64,000 nucleotides of DNA from Octopus bimaculoides (taxonomy: Eukaryota): contig NC_068999.1 in assembly GCF_001194135.2 (NCBI RefSeq), positions 3,273,781 to 3,337,780 on the forward strand, given 5' to 3'. Below the pieces are notes generated by a model that did no database searches, had not been told where the DNA came from, and saw only the letters and a list, made by a program, of their open reading frames with translations. The translations under genes and the position numbers were made by a program. Positions 39,265 to 52,149 of the stretch are shown here, in pieces (position 1 is the stretch's first letter; every line of letters begins with the position of its first letter).

Positions 39265-41352
39265 AGGGATATCCCAGAAACAGCTGTAAGACTTTGAATT
39301 TTTTCCAATAATAATAATAATGTACATGACTGGAGATGTTTGCCTTGCTTTAACGTTTGTTGTCCTCTTTAACAATTCTATATCCGCTGTATCGGAAATC
39401 TGCAATGGCTCCATAACAACCGTCTCGGCTATAACTTTGGAGCCCTAGCAATCCGTTACAGCACTTACCTAGCGTACCTAATCGTTTAGATCACCTGTAA
39501 ACTAAACGTCCATATTATATATATATATATATATATATTAAGAAAAAACAGCAAGATTGTATTCAATGCTTGGTGTAGAGTTAATATATTTAATTAAATT
39601 GAGAATTTGATAATTACTTTACTTACACACTGAATGATTGCAAATGGTGTTTTGAATGTTAGTCCTTCATCAGAATAAAAAGGAGAAATATAGAATGAAT
39701 GAGGAAGAGAAACAGACAGTTAGGAGAGAGAGAGGGAGAGAGAGAAGAGAGAAAGGAAAGCTGGTGAAAGGCAGAACACTAGATGGGGAGGTTGTTAGTG
39801 GCCTTCATTTTACAGGGCATCGACAAAGATTTGTTTTCAAGTGGCATCAACATAAAGACACGCACATACAACTGCATGCATATGCACACACACACATGCA
39901 ATGGGCTTCCGTGCAGTTTCCATCTACTGATTTTACTCACAAAACATTGTATCATAGAACCAGGGCAGTCTCAGGCAGGTTGGTGTCAGAAGGAATAAAG
40001 CAACAATAAAAATCATTATTATTATTATTATTATTATTAGTAGTAGTAGTAGTAGTAGTAGTAATGCTAATAATATTAGAATATTGTGGTAGTTTTGAGG
40101 AGGGTGGTGATGGTGATGGATGTGGTTCTATTCCTTATTTAGAAATACTTTCAACACATTTCCTGACAATAAAAACTAAAGAGAACATTAATGGCATGTT
40201 GTTCTGTGGAGAGAGCCTAGTTTTTCTTCTTGGAGACTTGAGCTAAGGAGACAAAAGTATTCTTCCAATCGGTTCCATATGTAAATAGACTCTGGTGTGC
40301 CCCCTCCCCTCCTACACAAACACATCATTTCGCTTTGTCGTACATCATTGTTATACAGTAAATGTATAAGGAATTGGTTTTACAGCGCCACTACTTCGGC
40401 TTTGCCACATGTAAGCAGTTTATTTCCATGTGTGAGGAATCAGTTCTTTGTATCATGTTCAGATGTTTTGCTTTGATGCTTGCAGAATATTTAAATGTGT
40501 TGGAGTTGCCATATTTAATGGAGAGAATATTGAAAATATTAACTAGAAATTAATATCCAGCAAGGAGAATAAACGTACCCTCAACACCTTATATCACAGC
40601 TCTTGCTACAAGTTAAGACCATGATGGAGTTTCTCACGATAAATATCTTATGTTGCTAGTATTTTAGGGAAAGGCATGATTACCATAACCTCCTGTATTC
40701 TTGGAACCTGTTCGCACTTGTGTCCAGGGGTAGCTTCTTCTGGTCATTTATTGAATCACCAATTCTCACTGATCAATCATTGAAAAACCATTTTGGCAAG
40801 GTGTACCTTTAATGATTTCACTTGATTTGGTGATATTTTTCATGTTGTACCTTTTGGGTACAAGGAGACCTTTTAGGAAAAAATGTCCACCTTTAGATGA
40901 ACACCTGTAGATTGGTCAATGGCCTTGTCTTGCTCAGACGCATTCTTGGCGTTGTTTCTATGTCTGGATGGCCTTCCTGTTGTCAGCCACTTCACAAAAT
41001 GTATTGGGGTATAGTTTAATGTGGGACCAGCACTAGAGAGGTTGTCTTGTCCCGGGTAAAACTAAAGAGTACCTGTGCAATTAATCTTTACAAAATTCTT
41101 CAGAAGTCTTGCTTTCTTTCTCCCTTTCACCAATCAGTATAATGTAAGTCTCTCTCTCTCTCTCTTCCTCCTCCTCTCTCTCTTTCTCCTGTCTCTCTCT
41201 CCCCTCTCCCCTCTCTCTCTCTCCACCACAAATAGAGTTAACGAAGACGTTTCTTTTCATTATCTGATTGTTTGTTTCACTGACAATAACTTTTGTACAG
41301 TCTTAAACTATTGCAGACATTTGGAATATCTTCTGTCTGTGTCTCTGGAATG

Positions 41353-41407
<55 letters not shown>

Positions 41408-44022
41408 GCCAGTCTGCCCCTCTCCCACACACCTCTACACCTCTCTACCAATAATTTTATTATAGGAATTACACCTTGGGATTTGAATTGAGGGTTGATG
41501 TTGTTAACCACGCCCTATAAAAACATCTTAATTAACCTGAAACGAGCAACACACCAAATACCCTGGGACAGGGATGGAATACCTGTCATTATTAGGTCTG
41601 TTTGTTGTATCAAGACTGACCTAGGGCCTGTATATATGACCCTTTTTTTTCAGGGTCTTCAAGACTGGTGGGAAGAAGACTCTTTGTTGGATTTTTGAGT
41701 GTGACTGGGTGTGGGGAAGAAGGAGTGGGCCTCAGATAAGAGATTTGGCCTGCAGTTTACAAGAAAGTGGACTCAGCTAAAGACAACCCCCAGGGGCCAG
41801 GTGGTGAAGTTATACAAGGAGGGGGGAGATTAATTCGAAAAAAAAAAGGACTGGTTTCTCCAACAGGCTTTCGTGCACTTTCTATCTAAAAAAAAAAATG
41901 TTCATACTGAGACTTTCAATGGCTCAAAGCTGCAGTGAATGTGCAATTGATCCCGAGATGACGGTTGTGATGTGTAACCACACTCCCTAAACATACAGCC
42001 ACACATGTAACCTCTTAAACACCACAAACCATTGTGGTGATGGTGGTGGTGGTGGTGGCAGTGATGGAGTTCTTCAGTAATATAACCACAACAATAACAT
42101 AATTACGTACTCAGATATAAATACATTTCATTGAGGTGAGGGGTTGGGGGAGCAGACACATTTTTCACATCACATTACATAAAAAAAAAGATCCATTATT
42201 TTTGTTTTATTGCTGATTGTTCTCCAAATAAATATGAGAAGAGGAGAGCCATTCCTCCATAAACTACTATCACCACCACCACCACCACTACTGCTACTAG
42301 TATGTGGTCCATCTACACAGGACTGTGAGGTGTGGGGGGTGGGGTCGGGGGGGGTCAGTTTTTCCAAGAAGGCAGGTTGCCCAAACATACAAGTTATTCT
42401 GTTTATGATTTATTTACCTCAGCGGTCAGTGATTGTGGCCTGGCAGTGGGCCCAGGACAACTGTAGACAAACTGTAATTGGAGCCAATGCTACTGTTGTT
42501 GATGATGATGATGGTGATGATGACCTTAGTAATGAATATACTGTGCTCAGTTGATTACATTGTTTAAATACAAGTATGTGTGTGTGAAAGAGAGAGAGCA
42601 CGTGTGTGTCTGTGTGTGTCTGTGTGTCCCTTCTCGGAAGTCATGTGGTGTTTCAGCTTCTGATTTCTTGTTCCAGGAGAGTAGCCAGGCTGCATCTAAA
42701 GCAACATCCTTCTCTGTCTGCACCTCCCTGAGTATGTGATCTCCACTTCACTGAATCTAATGTGTTTCATATTTGAAAGACAAATGATAAGCCTCTTAGT
42801 AATACACCTGTATAGTTCGGATACACTTGTTAGTTAAGTAATACACCTGGTACAGTTGTATAACTTGGCGTTATGCCCATTTAGTTAGATAATACCCCTT
42901 TCTGGGAAGATGGTATACAATTCTGAGGAGATAATTTTTTCCCCTCTTTGAGTGGTTAATTCAGGCCTGTTGATGTAATTTCCCTTCATTTGTTGTTAAT
43001 ATCTACTCTTATGGTACCCGAGGGTACATTATTCATATATGTCCAGATAACAAGCAATTTTACTTTAATTTATAGATAATCATTACAAAAATAAACAAAA
43101 CAAAAAAAAAACATAAACATGTGTTATTGATTTTGCTGCTCATTTTTACGAGAACGATCTCGTTAGTTTTAATGAAGTTCTGGGGGTGATCATAGAAATT
43201 TCAAAGACAAATGATGGCAGCCGGCAAACCATTCTGTTCTTTGCGGAATTATTTACTCTCTGTCTGTAATTAGGGGGGAAATTTTCTTTTTACTAAAAGA
43301 ATGTGGGTAAACCACAACATCACCATTCACAACAAGTGTGGGTGGGGAGAGAATAGAAGTACCGAATAATGGTGCTTCTTTTGCTTTTATCTTCGTATGA
43401 ACATCAGGATGGAGGGGGAGGAGGAGGAGGAAGGGGGAATGAGAGTTAGGGAGAGAGTGTGTTACATTAGCTTATATTTCTTATCCTACCCCACCAACCC
43501 CCAACCCCTCGTCTCTTAACTTTGAAAATATGCTGTAAGAATTCTATTTCCTTTGCCATTCAGAATCACTATTGATACTTCCATTGCTGCCCCTTTTTCC
43601 CTTTCCTTCATACAGTCGTTATTGTTATTGTTATTGGCACATTTTCATTGTTAACTGATGCTTGACTTTTGCCTGATCAGTTGATTTATTGATCAGTCTA
43701 TTGATCTCTGCTCTGTTGGTTTTCTTTTTTTTTTTTTTCTGTTTTTAATTTTATTAGCAATTACTATCAGAATAAAAACTGAGCTGGTTTTTAATGCTGT
43801 TCATTCCTGTTACCGTTTCTTGAATAATTGCACAATTGGGCCGGGAAACAGAAACAACATTTATATTTCCTGCTCATTACATTGCTATTCTTCACTAAAA
43901 GTTAAAGCTGCCACTGTTGTTGTTGTTGTTGTTGTTATCTCTTGGCTCTGTTTTGCGTAACTTTAAATGAAAGTGGACTGTGTAGGACTTCTGTTGAAAT
44001 GGGTTCAATTAGAGAGATGTGA

Positions 44023-44055
<33 letters not shown>

Positions 44056-44057
<2 letters not shown>

Positions 44058-44318
44058 GAGCACTCGGAGAGTGAAAACCTCTGCCAAGGCAACACCAATG
44101 TCCTATCAACAATTAGCCAGAAATGATTTTTAAAATGAGAATATCTGAAATAAGCTCAACTGCTCTCACAAACGAGAATACTAAAAGTGAACCCGACTGC
44201 TCTCAAAAATTAAGTAAAAAAATCGGAAAAATAATCCAGAAACCTTGTCTGGTTACCCAGTCGATCCCAAAATCTAATCAGTTAGTACCAGTCAGGAGGC
44301 CAAACATCCCTGATAACA
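44056..44318 (-). mobile_element. Helentron/HINE-like element, 3' part
   Basis: Minus strand ends GCCTTGGCAGAGGTTTTCACTCTCCGAGTGCTCTTATT: subterminal repeat plus CACTC-TCC-GAGTG hairpin, inserted next to (AAT)n. Confidence 0.65.
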
Positions 44319-44827
44319 GCCATCACTGTGTCGAATAGACTGAGAGATCAATTACTGAGGGTTTGTTTGTTTCAGTTGACTGAGTCACTCTATCAATGAC
44401 TGATGCAGTGTTGATGGAATACTGGTAATGCAAATTCCTTAAAACAATATCTTTGGAGATCAGAGCAATACAGCCTGAGCAACAACAACAACAACAACAA
44501 CAGCAGCAGCAGTAATGCATACGATTGTTGTTTCAAACCCTGCCACTTCCACCTATTCCTGTAGATCAAGCATTGGTGAAGTGGAGGAGGAGGAGGAGGA
44601 GTATTTGGCTGTGGTGTGTGTTGTATGAAAAGAAAATCCTGCCTCATCATCGTCGTCGTCATTGGTTCGATGCCAACCCTAATTCTTGAACGACATAAAG
44701 CACTTGAGGGGAAACAGAAACGAAAAACATTTCTGCAAATGTTTTGACAATTCTTGATTGATTGACTTCACAAAGAAACAACAACAGCAGCAACAAAAAC
44801 AATACTATTACTACTACTACTACTACA

Positions 44828-44866
<39 letters not shown>

Positions 44867-45110
44867 CATGAATTTAGCGAATCACAAAAACTGGAATGTG
44901 ATTTGTTTTGATGGTATTTGATGGTTGTTATTTGATAAAAGATAGGAATGTATCTTGAAACATGTTGGATTGAGGTTTAGTTCCCTTCCTGATACAAGAT
45001 AGGAAACTGGCAGATCAATACCATCAAATCAATACTGAAATAGATGATTAGAATCTTGGTTTTGTTTTTATCATTATTATTATTATTATTATTATCATTA
45101 TTATTATTAA

Positions 45111-45325
45111 GGTTGCAAGTTTGCAGAACCATTAGCACGCTGGGCAAAATGATTAGCGGCATTTCGTCTGTCTTTACGTTCTGAGTTCAAATTCTGCCGA
45201 GGTCAGCTTTGCCTTTTGTCTTTCCAGGGTCAATAAACCAAGTACCAGTTATGCACTGGGGTCGATGTAATCAACCTATCCCCTCCCTGAAATTGCTGGC
45301 CTTGCACTGAAATTTGAATTATTAT
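45111..45325 (+). mobile_element. Third SINE family (CORE-like central domain)
   Basis: GCAGAACCATTAGCACGC..TTCTGAGTTCAAATTCTGCCGAGGTC..GCCTTT..AAGTACCAG..CTGGGGTCGATGTAATC..GCTGGCCTTG. Further copies at about 2008-2136(-), 8868-9036(+), 16671-16826(-), 19737-19868(+), 23175-23315(+), 25860-26080(+, interrupted), 27640-27750(+) and 56385-56455(+). Confidence 0.8.
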
Positions 45326-45595
45326 TATGACGTTAACATTTCTGTTTGATGCTGGTTGAATGAGAAACACACTAGTTAAAAAAGAAAAAGGAAAAAACAT
45401 CGAAAGGGGGCTGTAATGAGGGGGTGGGAGTCAAGGTGGTTTAAATGTTGTTGTTGTTTAAAATCAATTTGGAGTCGATATTATATTGGAAGTCATCCAG
45501 AAACTTTCTGCTGTTGATGTATTTTCAGGACCACCTCCCAGGACTCAGAGGGTCAACTTAGTGTATTGACATTGTTCCAATGTACACACAGTGCC

Positions 45596-45668
<73 letters not shown>

Positions 45669-46127
45669 TTGAAGATGTATGTCATATTGTTCAGCAGACC
45701 CTTATAAACACCTTTACAAAAGTCCTTAATAATCTTTATACACCTCTGCAGATCCTTCTTCCACGCCTCTGTTTTTATTGACTCCCACTTTGCATTTATT
45801 CCATATTTTGTTCAGTTCTTTACTAAACAGTGTGACCTCCCACCACCACCACCACCACCACCCAACACACCATCTTTCACTATGACTCATTTCACCAGAG
45901 ACATACAGACATTGCTATGACAACTGCAAACACAGACATTGTCGTACGCATGCATACTATCACACACATACATAAACCTATCCAAACACACCGTTGCACG
46001 CTTGCACAAGCATTGTATTTGATGACATAAAAAATGCACGAGCATTTGAGACCCAACCCAGTTCTATCCGCTCTTATTCAGAGAAAAGGTTTTTAGTGCA
46101 TTAAAGCCTGGAATATTTAAAGCAATA

Positions 46128-46345
46128 TAACATGGTGAACTGGCAGAATCGTTACCATGATGGACAAAATGCTTGGCAGCATTTTGTTGTCTGTCTTTAC
46201 GTTCTGAGTTCTAATTCTGCTGAGGTCGACTTTGCCTTTCGTTCTTTCAGGGTCGATAAAATAAGTACCGGTTACGCACTGGGGTTGGTATAATCAACTT
46301 ACCCCCCTCACCCTAAATTGCTGGCCTTGTGCCAAAATTTGAAAT
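46128..46345 (+). mobile_element. Third SINE family copy
   Basis: Same head, central domain and tail as 45111-45325. Confidence 0.82.
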
Positions 46346-46602
46346 CCATATAATCCCAACTTTGCATATGGCGGGTGGGGGTAGGGGTGGTATTTTTAAA
46401 AGTGCACCACTTTTGGGTCTGCTGTAGGCAATATGCGTTTTTTATGGGGTCCAGGGGCAACAAACAGAAAGGCCACCCTGGGCAACATACACTCTAGCTA
46501 CGCTAGTGCATATAGGCCCTTGGGGGGTGGGAGTATTATTGTTTTTCGAGACATTTTTTGAAAAGATAAAAAAAGGTGCATCTTGTTTGCTGTCAAATAT
46601 GG

Positions 46603-46633
<31 letters not shown>

Positions 46634-47092
46634 ACACACACACGCATGTGAACATGCATGAATACACAAACATACATATGCATGAACACACATACACACA
46701 TGTGAGCATACAAACATACACATACAGATACATACACACACACATAACTTTCGGCAAATGGAACAGGTTTTTCCCTCCCCGCCCCCTACCTCCACCCCTC
46801 CGTCCCATCCCCATGTTTTGTAAAGGTTTCCATCAATATTTCCAAAGTAGAATTTGTTGACTGGGGAAAGGAAGATATTGGTTCCTCAAGTTTTTATCAT
46901 CAATGGAACAGTCTGACCTGAACTATTGATTATTTTATCGAGGAAGAAGAAGAAAGAGAGCAAGAACCATGCGATGCTGTTTACTTATGTGCAGTGTTGA
47001 TGCCGGTGTTACTGCGCAGTTCTTTAGGCTATGCACTTCCATAGACCCACCCACCGAATCTCTCCTTCCTTGTGTGTGTGTGCATATGTATA

Positions 47093-47200
47093 GATGCAGG
47101 CATGGCTGTGTGGTTAAGAAGGTAGCTTTGCAACCATGTGCTTTTAGGTTCAGTCCCACTCTGTGGCAATTTGGGTAGATGTCTTATTGTACCCCTCGGC
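47093..47200 (+). mobile_element. OK-type SINE 5' fragment
   Basis: GCAGGCATGGCTGTGTGGTTAAG..GGTTCAGTCCCACT..TTGGGTAGATGTCTT. Confidence 0.7.
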
Positions 47201-48499
47201 CAACCAGTCTGCCAGTGCAATATTCTAACCAAAACTAATTTATTTATCAAATGTTAAATTACTTTTGGCTTTTATTCCAAATCATTTCGTTATTCCTTCA
47301 TCTTTACAGGATAAGATCTACCATTTCCATTATTCCTTTACTTTTGCTTTAAGAGGTGAAATGGTAAAGTCTTTGAACCAGCCAGAACAGACAATGGACC
47401 CTGGTGTGGCCTCTGACCTTACCAGCTGCTGTCAAGTTGTCCAACTCATGCCAGCATGGAAAACGGATGTTTAATGACAAGGATGGTGATTTAATTCAAA
47501 AAGCTATATTCATTAATTTCAGTGTAAAAGAATTTTCTGAAATATCAATCTAGGGATTTATTTGGGAAATAGAAACATTTAAGAGGAAATATCCATTTAG
47601 GAACGTTAAGAATTCAATTTTGAAGGAAGAATTTATATTTCAGAGTTGCGTTTAGAATAATACTCCTTTTCATGACAATTTTTGTACAATACTTATCACA
47701 GTTCAGTTTAGTTCAAGTTTACAACTTGAAGGACATTCCAACATCTTTCTAAAACAAGCTCTGTTTATATCCAGATTCTGACAGCCATCACGGTAGCTGT
47801 GTTGCTGTTGAAATAAAATGCAAGTAAGAAAGAAGCTATTGTAGAGACTGGAAAATTACTTGGCATCTCATTTACATAGACTCGTTTACAATCAAGCTAA
47901 CGAGGGAGCCTCTTAGTTGTCAATTGACGAGCTAGAAAGAAATAACAGTTAAACTTCTATCAAATTCTGTCTCGCTCTCAGACAATGAAGAGTAATAAAC
48001 TATATTTTGAGGAAAGAGACAGAATAGTTATGGGAGGAATGTCTCTGATCACATGTTTGGTGGACTAAAGTTAATCTGATCAATAATAGATATCTGATTT
48101 TGGTCTGATTTTCTTTGAGGCTTTATATTTCCCATATTCTTTAAAAATGCTGGAAACACCCAGATTTAGCTCCTTGCTCACCTCTTTCACCCTTAATTGT
48201 TGTTGTTGCTGTTGTTGCTATTACAAACTTACATCTATAGTCTCTTTCTCTAAATGTCTTCATGATGTACGAAAAGAAAAGGAATTGGCAGCTGTGTTTC
48301 TCCCCCACCCACCTCCTCAGCATCCTGTATTGAAGAATGACTACCAAAAAAACATGTCAGACTTATCCTGCATGGTAGAGCATTACATTCTGAAATCTAC
48401 CAAATCTGTAGAAATTGAACTGAAGACCGTTTCCTAATCTCTTTAATGATGATAGAAGATTACAGAATCATTAAATGATGCTAAATCTTTTATTGGAAT

Positions 48500-49380
48500 G
48501 GTCAGTTTCTCTACTGACCGATTATAATTCTTCTAATCTCTGTAATCTACAAGAACTAGTTCCTTGGCAAACTGACCATTTGGTATTTTCTCTTCCTGGA
48601 AGTAGTTTGTAGTTTCTCTCAACTGAAGTAGCAGCTCAACAGAATGTCTGGAATTGGATCAAGTCTTTCATTTGACTTCTTCCATAGAAATTCTTTCATC
48701 TTTATTGCCAAATCCATTTTCTTATTTTATTGATAGCCATAACATTATTAACGTCTGCCAGTGGGAGATATGATAATATTGATTTTTATAATGACATTCC
48801 GTTGTTCTCCGTTGTGTCAGTGGCCTTTCTGTCTGTGACCAATTGTTTTACTGCCTTTAATTATCACTTGCTAAATTCTACAGGGACGTCTATATATCTT
48901 CATTGCCATGTCTTTGAAATTCATGAATGTATTCTTTACTTGTGCATCTATCTTCCTGTCCTTAATGGTAAATAAAAAAAAACACTAACATGTTTTTCTG
49001 TTTCCATTCATCTGCACATGTATCCAGTATTTCCTTCAAAAGAAAGCAAAAAAAGAAAGAAAAAAAAAAAAAGAGCCACAGGTTTGTCCCTTGGCACAGT
49101 TGTTGGTTCGAATACATTATAATTAATTATAAGGAAACTAACTTCTACAAAATGATGTGATTGTTAATCATAAATTGTAGAGTTTAATTACTCGGTGTTG
49201 TTTGTGGCGGTACACTACTTCTACATTAGTCATGATTCTTGAAATTGTCTTCCCTGCTCCTAGTGATTGTCCTACCTTCTCTGGAAGCAGAGATATTTTG
49301 CAATTAATGAAGAATTTCTTTTGTGTGATACTAAATGAATCCTTATTTCTCTTTGGCCATTCTCGTTGACTTCTCTTCAT
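48500..49380 (-). mobile_element. Old LINE remnant (AP-endonuclease-like fragment)
   Basis: Minus frame near 49260-49380 reads EVNENGQR..LIAKYLCFQ, similar to the APE motif G..N.NG.RL..F.....L.I.NT.F. Heavily decayed. Confidence 0.3.
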
Positions 49381-50271
49381 TCAGTTTTTGTTCATTTATA
49401 CAAATTGCCCAAACCATAAATATGTTCTACTCTATTTTTTTTTTTTTTTGTTTTCTCTCTGTCTAAGTGCCTGGTTCTGATGGAGATAAGATTGGTCAAC
49501 TGTCCGAGATGGTGAACTTCTCTCTTTCTCCCCCCCCCCCCACATGTTCCTTCTCTAGAATCAGTGTCCAGCCCACCAAGATTCTCCTATTTCCTTTCTA
49601 TTCACAATGACTTCTATCTGTCTGTCTCTCTCCACCCCTGCCCCGACACTCTGAACCTCCACTCCCCACCATGGCACTCACACCTATTTATAATATCTCA
49701 GCTAAGAGAAGGACCATACCTTGTTTTGATAATTAAATGACAAATATTCTAAATACTGCAGCAGTTATTTGAGAATCTGGTGTAAAAGGTTGATCAAGTT
49801 TCTGAGTGTTTTATTTGATGGATTGTTGTTGTTGTCGTTGTTGGTGTTGTGTATAAACATTCCTGGAAAGTACTCCTAACCCGCCCACATTACTAAACAC
49901 AAAATTGCTGTACTTATTCACAATTAACATTCTTCTCTCAGATCTGGGTAGGACACATCTGAATGTTGTCATCACCACAAAACCATTACGTCTCTCCTTC
50001 CATTAGCATCACTATTGCTTGACCTAACCCAGCTAAACTTAGGAGCAATTGGCATGAAAATAGATCCAATGCTGAGCTCTTGTCTTCAGTTACTCCATTT
50101 GTTGATAGTCAGGAATGGTTGGTGGCAGTCCAGATCAGGATGAGGAATTAACAAGTGTTGTTTAACTCATTTCTGCACAAATTCCAAATGAGAGACATTG
50201 TCTCTTGTGTTTTGGTTTATAGTGAAGACATCTTGGATGTGTATGGATTTAGTAAAATAAGTCTTTCATAA

Positions 50272-50420
50272 TAGGCACTGCATAGTAAGAAGTTTGCTTC
50301 CCAGCCATGTGGTTCCAGGTTCAAGTCCCTCTGCGTGGCACTTTGTGCAAGTGTCTTCTACCAAATCCTTGTGAGTGGATTTGGTAGATAGAAACTGAAA
50401 GAAACCCATCATGTGTGTGT
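50272..50420 (+). mobile_element. OK-type SINE 5' half running into a microsatellite and an assembly gap
   Basis: GTAAGAAGTTTGCTTCCCAGCCATGTGGTTCCAGGTTC..CCTTGTGAGTGGATTTGGTAGATAGAAACTGAAAGAA, then (TG)/(TA)n and Ns. Confidence 0.8.
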
Positions 50421-50447
50421 GTGTGTATATATGTGTGTGTGTGTGTG

Positions 50448-50480
<33 letters not shown>

Positions 50481-50508
50481 GTGTGTGCATATATGTGTAT
50501 ATATATAT

Positions 50509-51470
50509 NNNNNNNNNNNNNNNNNNNNNNNNNNNNNNNNNNNNNNNNNNNNNNNNNNNNNNNNNNNNNNNNNNNNNNNNNNNNNNNNNNNNNNNNNNNN
50601 NNNNNNNNNNNNNNNNNNNNNNNNNNNNNNNNNNNNNNNNNNNNNNNNNNNNNNNNNNNNNNNNNNNNNNNNNNNNNNNNNNNNNNNNNNNNNNNNNNNN
50701 NNNNNNNNNNNNNNNNNNNNNNNNNNNNNNNNNNNNNNNNNNNNNNNNNNNNNNNNNNNNNNNNNNNNNNNNNNNNNNNNNNNNNNNNNNNNNNNNNNNN
50801 NNNNNNNNNNNNNNNNNNNNNNNNNNNNNNNNNNNNNNNNNNNNNNNNNNNNNNNNNNNNNNNNNNNNNNNNNNNNNNNNNNNNNNNNNNNNNNNNNNNN
50901 NNNNNNNNNNNNNNNNNNNNNNNNNNNNNNNNNNNNNNNNNNNNNNNNNNNNNNNNNNNNNNNNNNNNNNNNNNNNNNNNNNNNNNNNNNNNNNNNNNNN
51001 NNNNNNNNNNNNNNNNNNNNNNNNNNNNNNNNNNNNNNNNNNNNNNNNNNNNNNNNNNNNNNNNNNNNNNNNNNNNNNNNNNNNNNNNNNNNNNNNNNNN
51101 NNNNNNNNNNNNNNNNNNNNNNNNNNNNNNNNNNNNNNNNNNNNNNNNNNNNNNNNNNNNNNNNNNNNNNNNNNNNNNNNNNNNNNNNNNNNNNNNNNNN
51201 NNNNNNNNNNNNNNNNNNNNNNNNNNNNNNNNNNNNNNNNNNNNNNNNNNNNNNNNNNNNNNNNNNNNNNNNNNNNNNNNNNNNNNNNNNNNNNNNNNNN
51301 NNNNNNNNNNNNNNNNNNNNNNNNNNNNNNNNNNNNNNNNNNNNNNNNNNNNNNNNNNNNNNNNNNNNNNNNNNNNNNNNNNNNNNNNNNNNNNNNNNNN
51401 NNNNNNNNNNNNNNNNNNNNNNNNNNNNNNNNNNNNNNNNNNNNNNNNNNNNNNNNNNNNNNNNNNNNNN
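50509..51470. other. Assembly gap (962 N), the largest of seven
   Basis: Other N runs: 7352-7399, 13033-13054, 20743-21019, 22554-22896, 38222-38344 and 60709-60824. All abut microsatellites, poly-C or other low-complexity sequence. Confidence 1.
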
Positions 51471-51557
<87 letters not shown>

Positions 51558-51787
51558 GTATATATGGAAAGAGAGAGAGAGAGATCATCATTTAATGTTC
51601 ACCTTCAATGCTGGTTTCACAGGAGCTGGTTAGGTAGAAGACAACACCAGGCTTCTGTGTTTATTTTGGCATGGTTTTTAGGGTTGGATGCCCTTCCTAA
51701 CACCAACCACCCTGCGGAGTGGGCTGAGTGCTTTTTACATCCTTTGAGATTGCAATGACATCTTGTCATAATATTGTATAAACTGTT

Positions 51788-51950
51788 TCATCTGTCTTTA
51801 CGTTCCGAGTTCAAATTCTACCGAGGTCGACTGTGCCTTTCATCCTTTCGAGGTTGATAAATTAAGTACCGGTTGCGTACTGGGGTCAATTATATCAACT
51901 GGCCCCCTCCTCCAAAATTTCGGGTCTTGTGCCTAGAGTAGAAAAGAATA
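51788..51950 (+). mobile_element. Third SINE family copy about 80 nt upstream of the first confirmed DOCK exon
   Basis: TTTACGTTCCGAGTTCAAATTCTACCGAGGTCGAC..GCCTTTCATCCTTTCGAGGTTGATAAATTAAGTACC. Confidence 0.82.
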
Positions 51951-52026
51951 TTGTATAAACTGTGTGTGTCCAATATACTATCCCAGAATGCTCTCTTCTA
52001 ACGTGTGACATTACTTCCTTTTACAG

Positions 52027-52149
52027 TCGCGGCCTCCTCCTGTGGAACCAGTGGATTATGAGATCTACGTAGTGAAGAATAAAGTCTTACTTCATAATGA
52101 TCCTCAAAGAGAACTTCTGATTTTCCCATTCGATGATGTTGTTATTCCT
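52027..52149 (+). CDS. DOCK9: DOCK-D exon: SRPPPVEPVDYEIYVVKNKVLLHNDPQRELLIFPFDDVVIP
   Basis: Acceptor cttttacag|TCG, donor CCT|gtgagt, 123 nt, phase 0-0. Matches the DOCK9 segment KLIEPLDYE...NDCLREMLLFPYDD. Confidence 0.95.

Noticed and set aside
40560-41070. Possible non-LTR element fragment
   Set aside because: Coding-like composition but no assignable motif in any frame.
41511-41620. TATAAAA box followed by short ORF MEYLSLLGLFVVSRLT
   Set aside because: No initiator and no good phase-0 donor; TATA-like words are common in AT-rich DNA.
42677-42731. Exon-like segment ttccag|GAGAGT...CCCTGA|gtatgt
   Set aside because: 55 nt. The frame needed to join phase-0 exon 52027 ends in TGA, so it cannot be a coding exon directly upstream; a UTR exon is not excluded.
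50266-51591. 441-aa and overlapping 364-374-aa ORFs
   Set aside because: Read through a 962-N gap and microsatellites. The same applies to ORFs over the gaps at 20743, 22554, 38222 and 60709.
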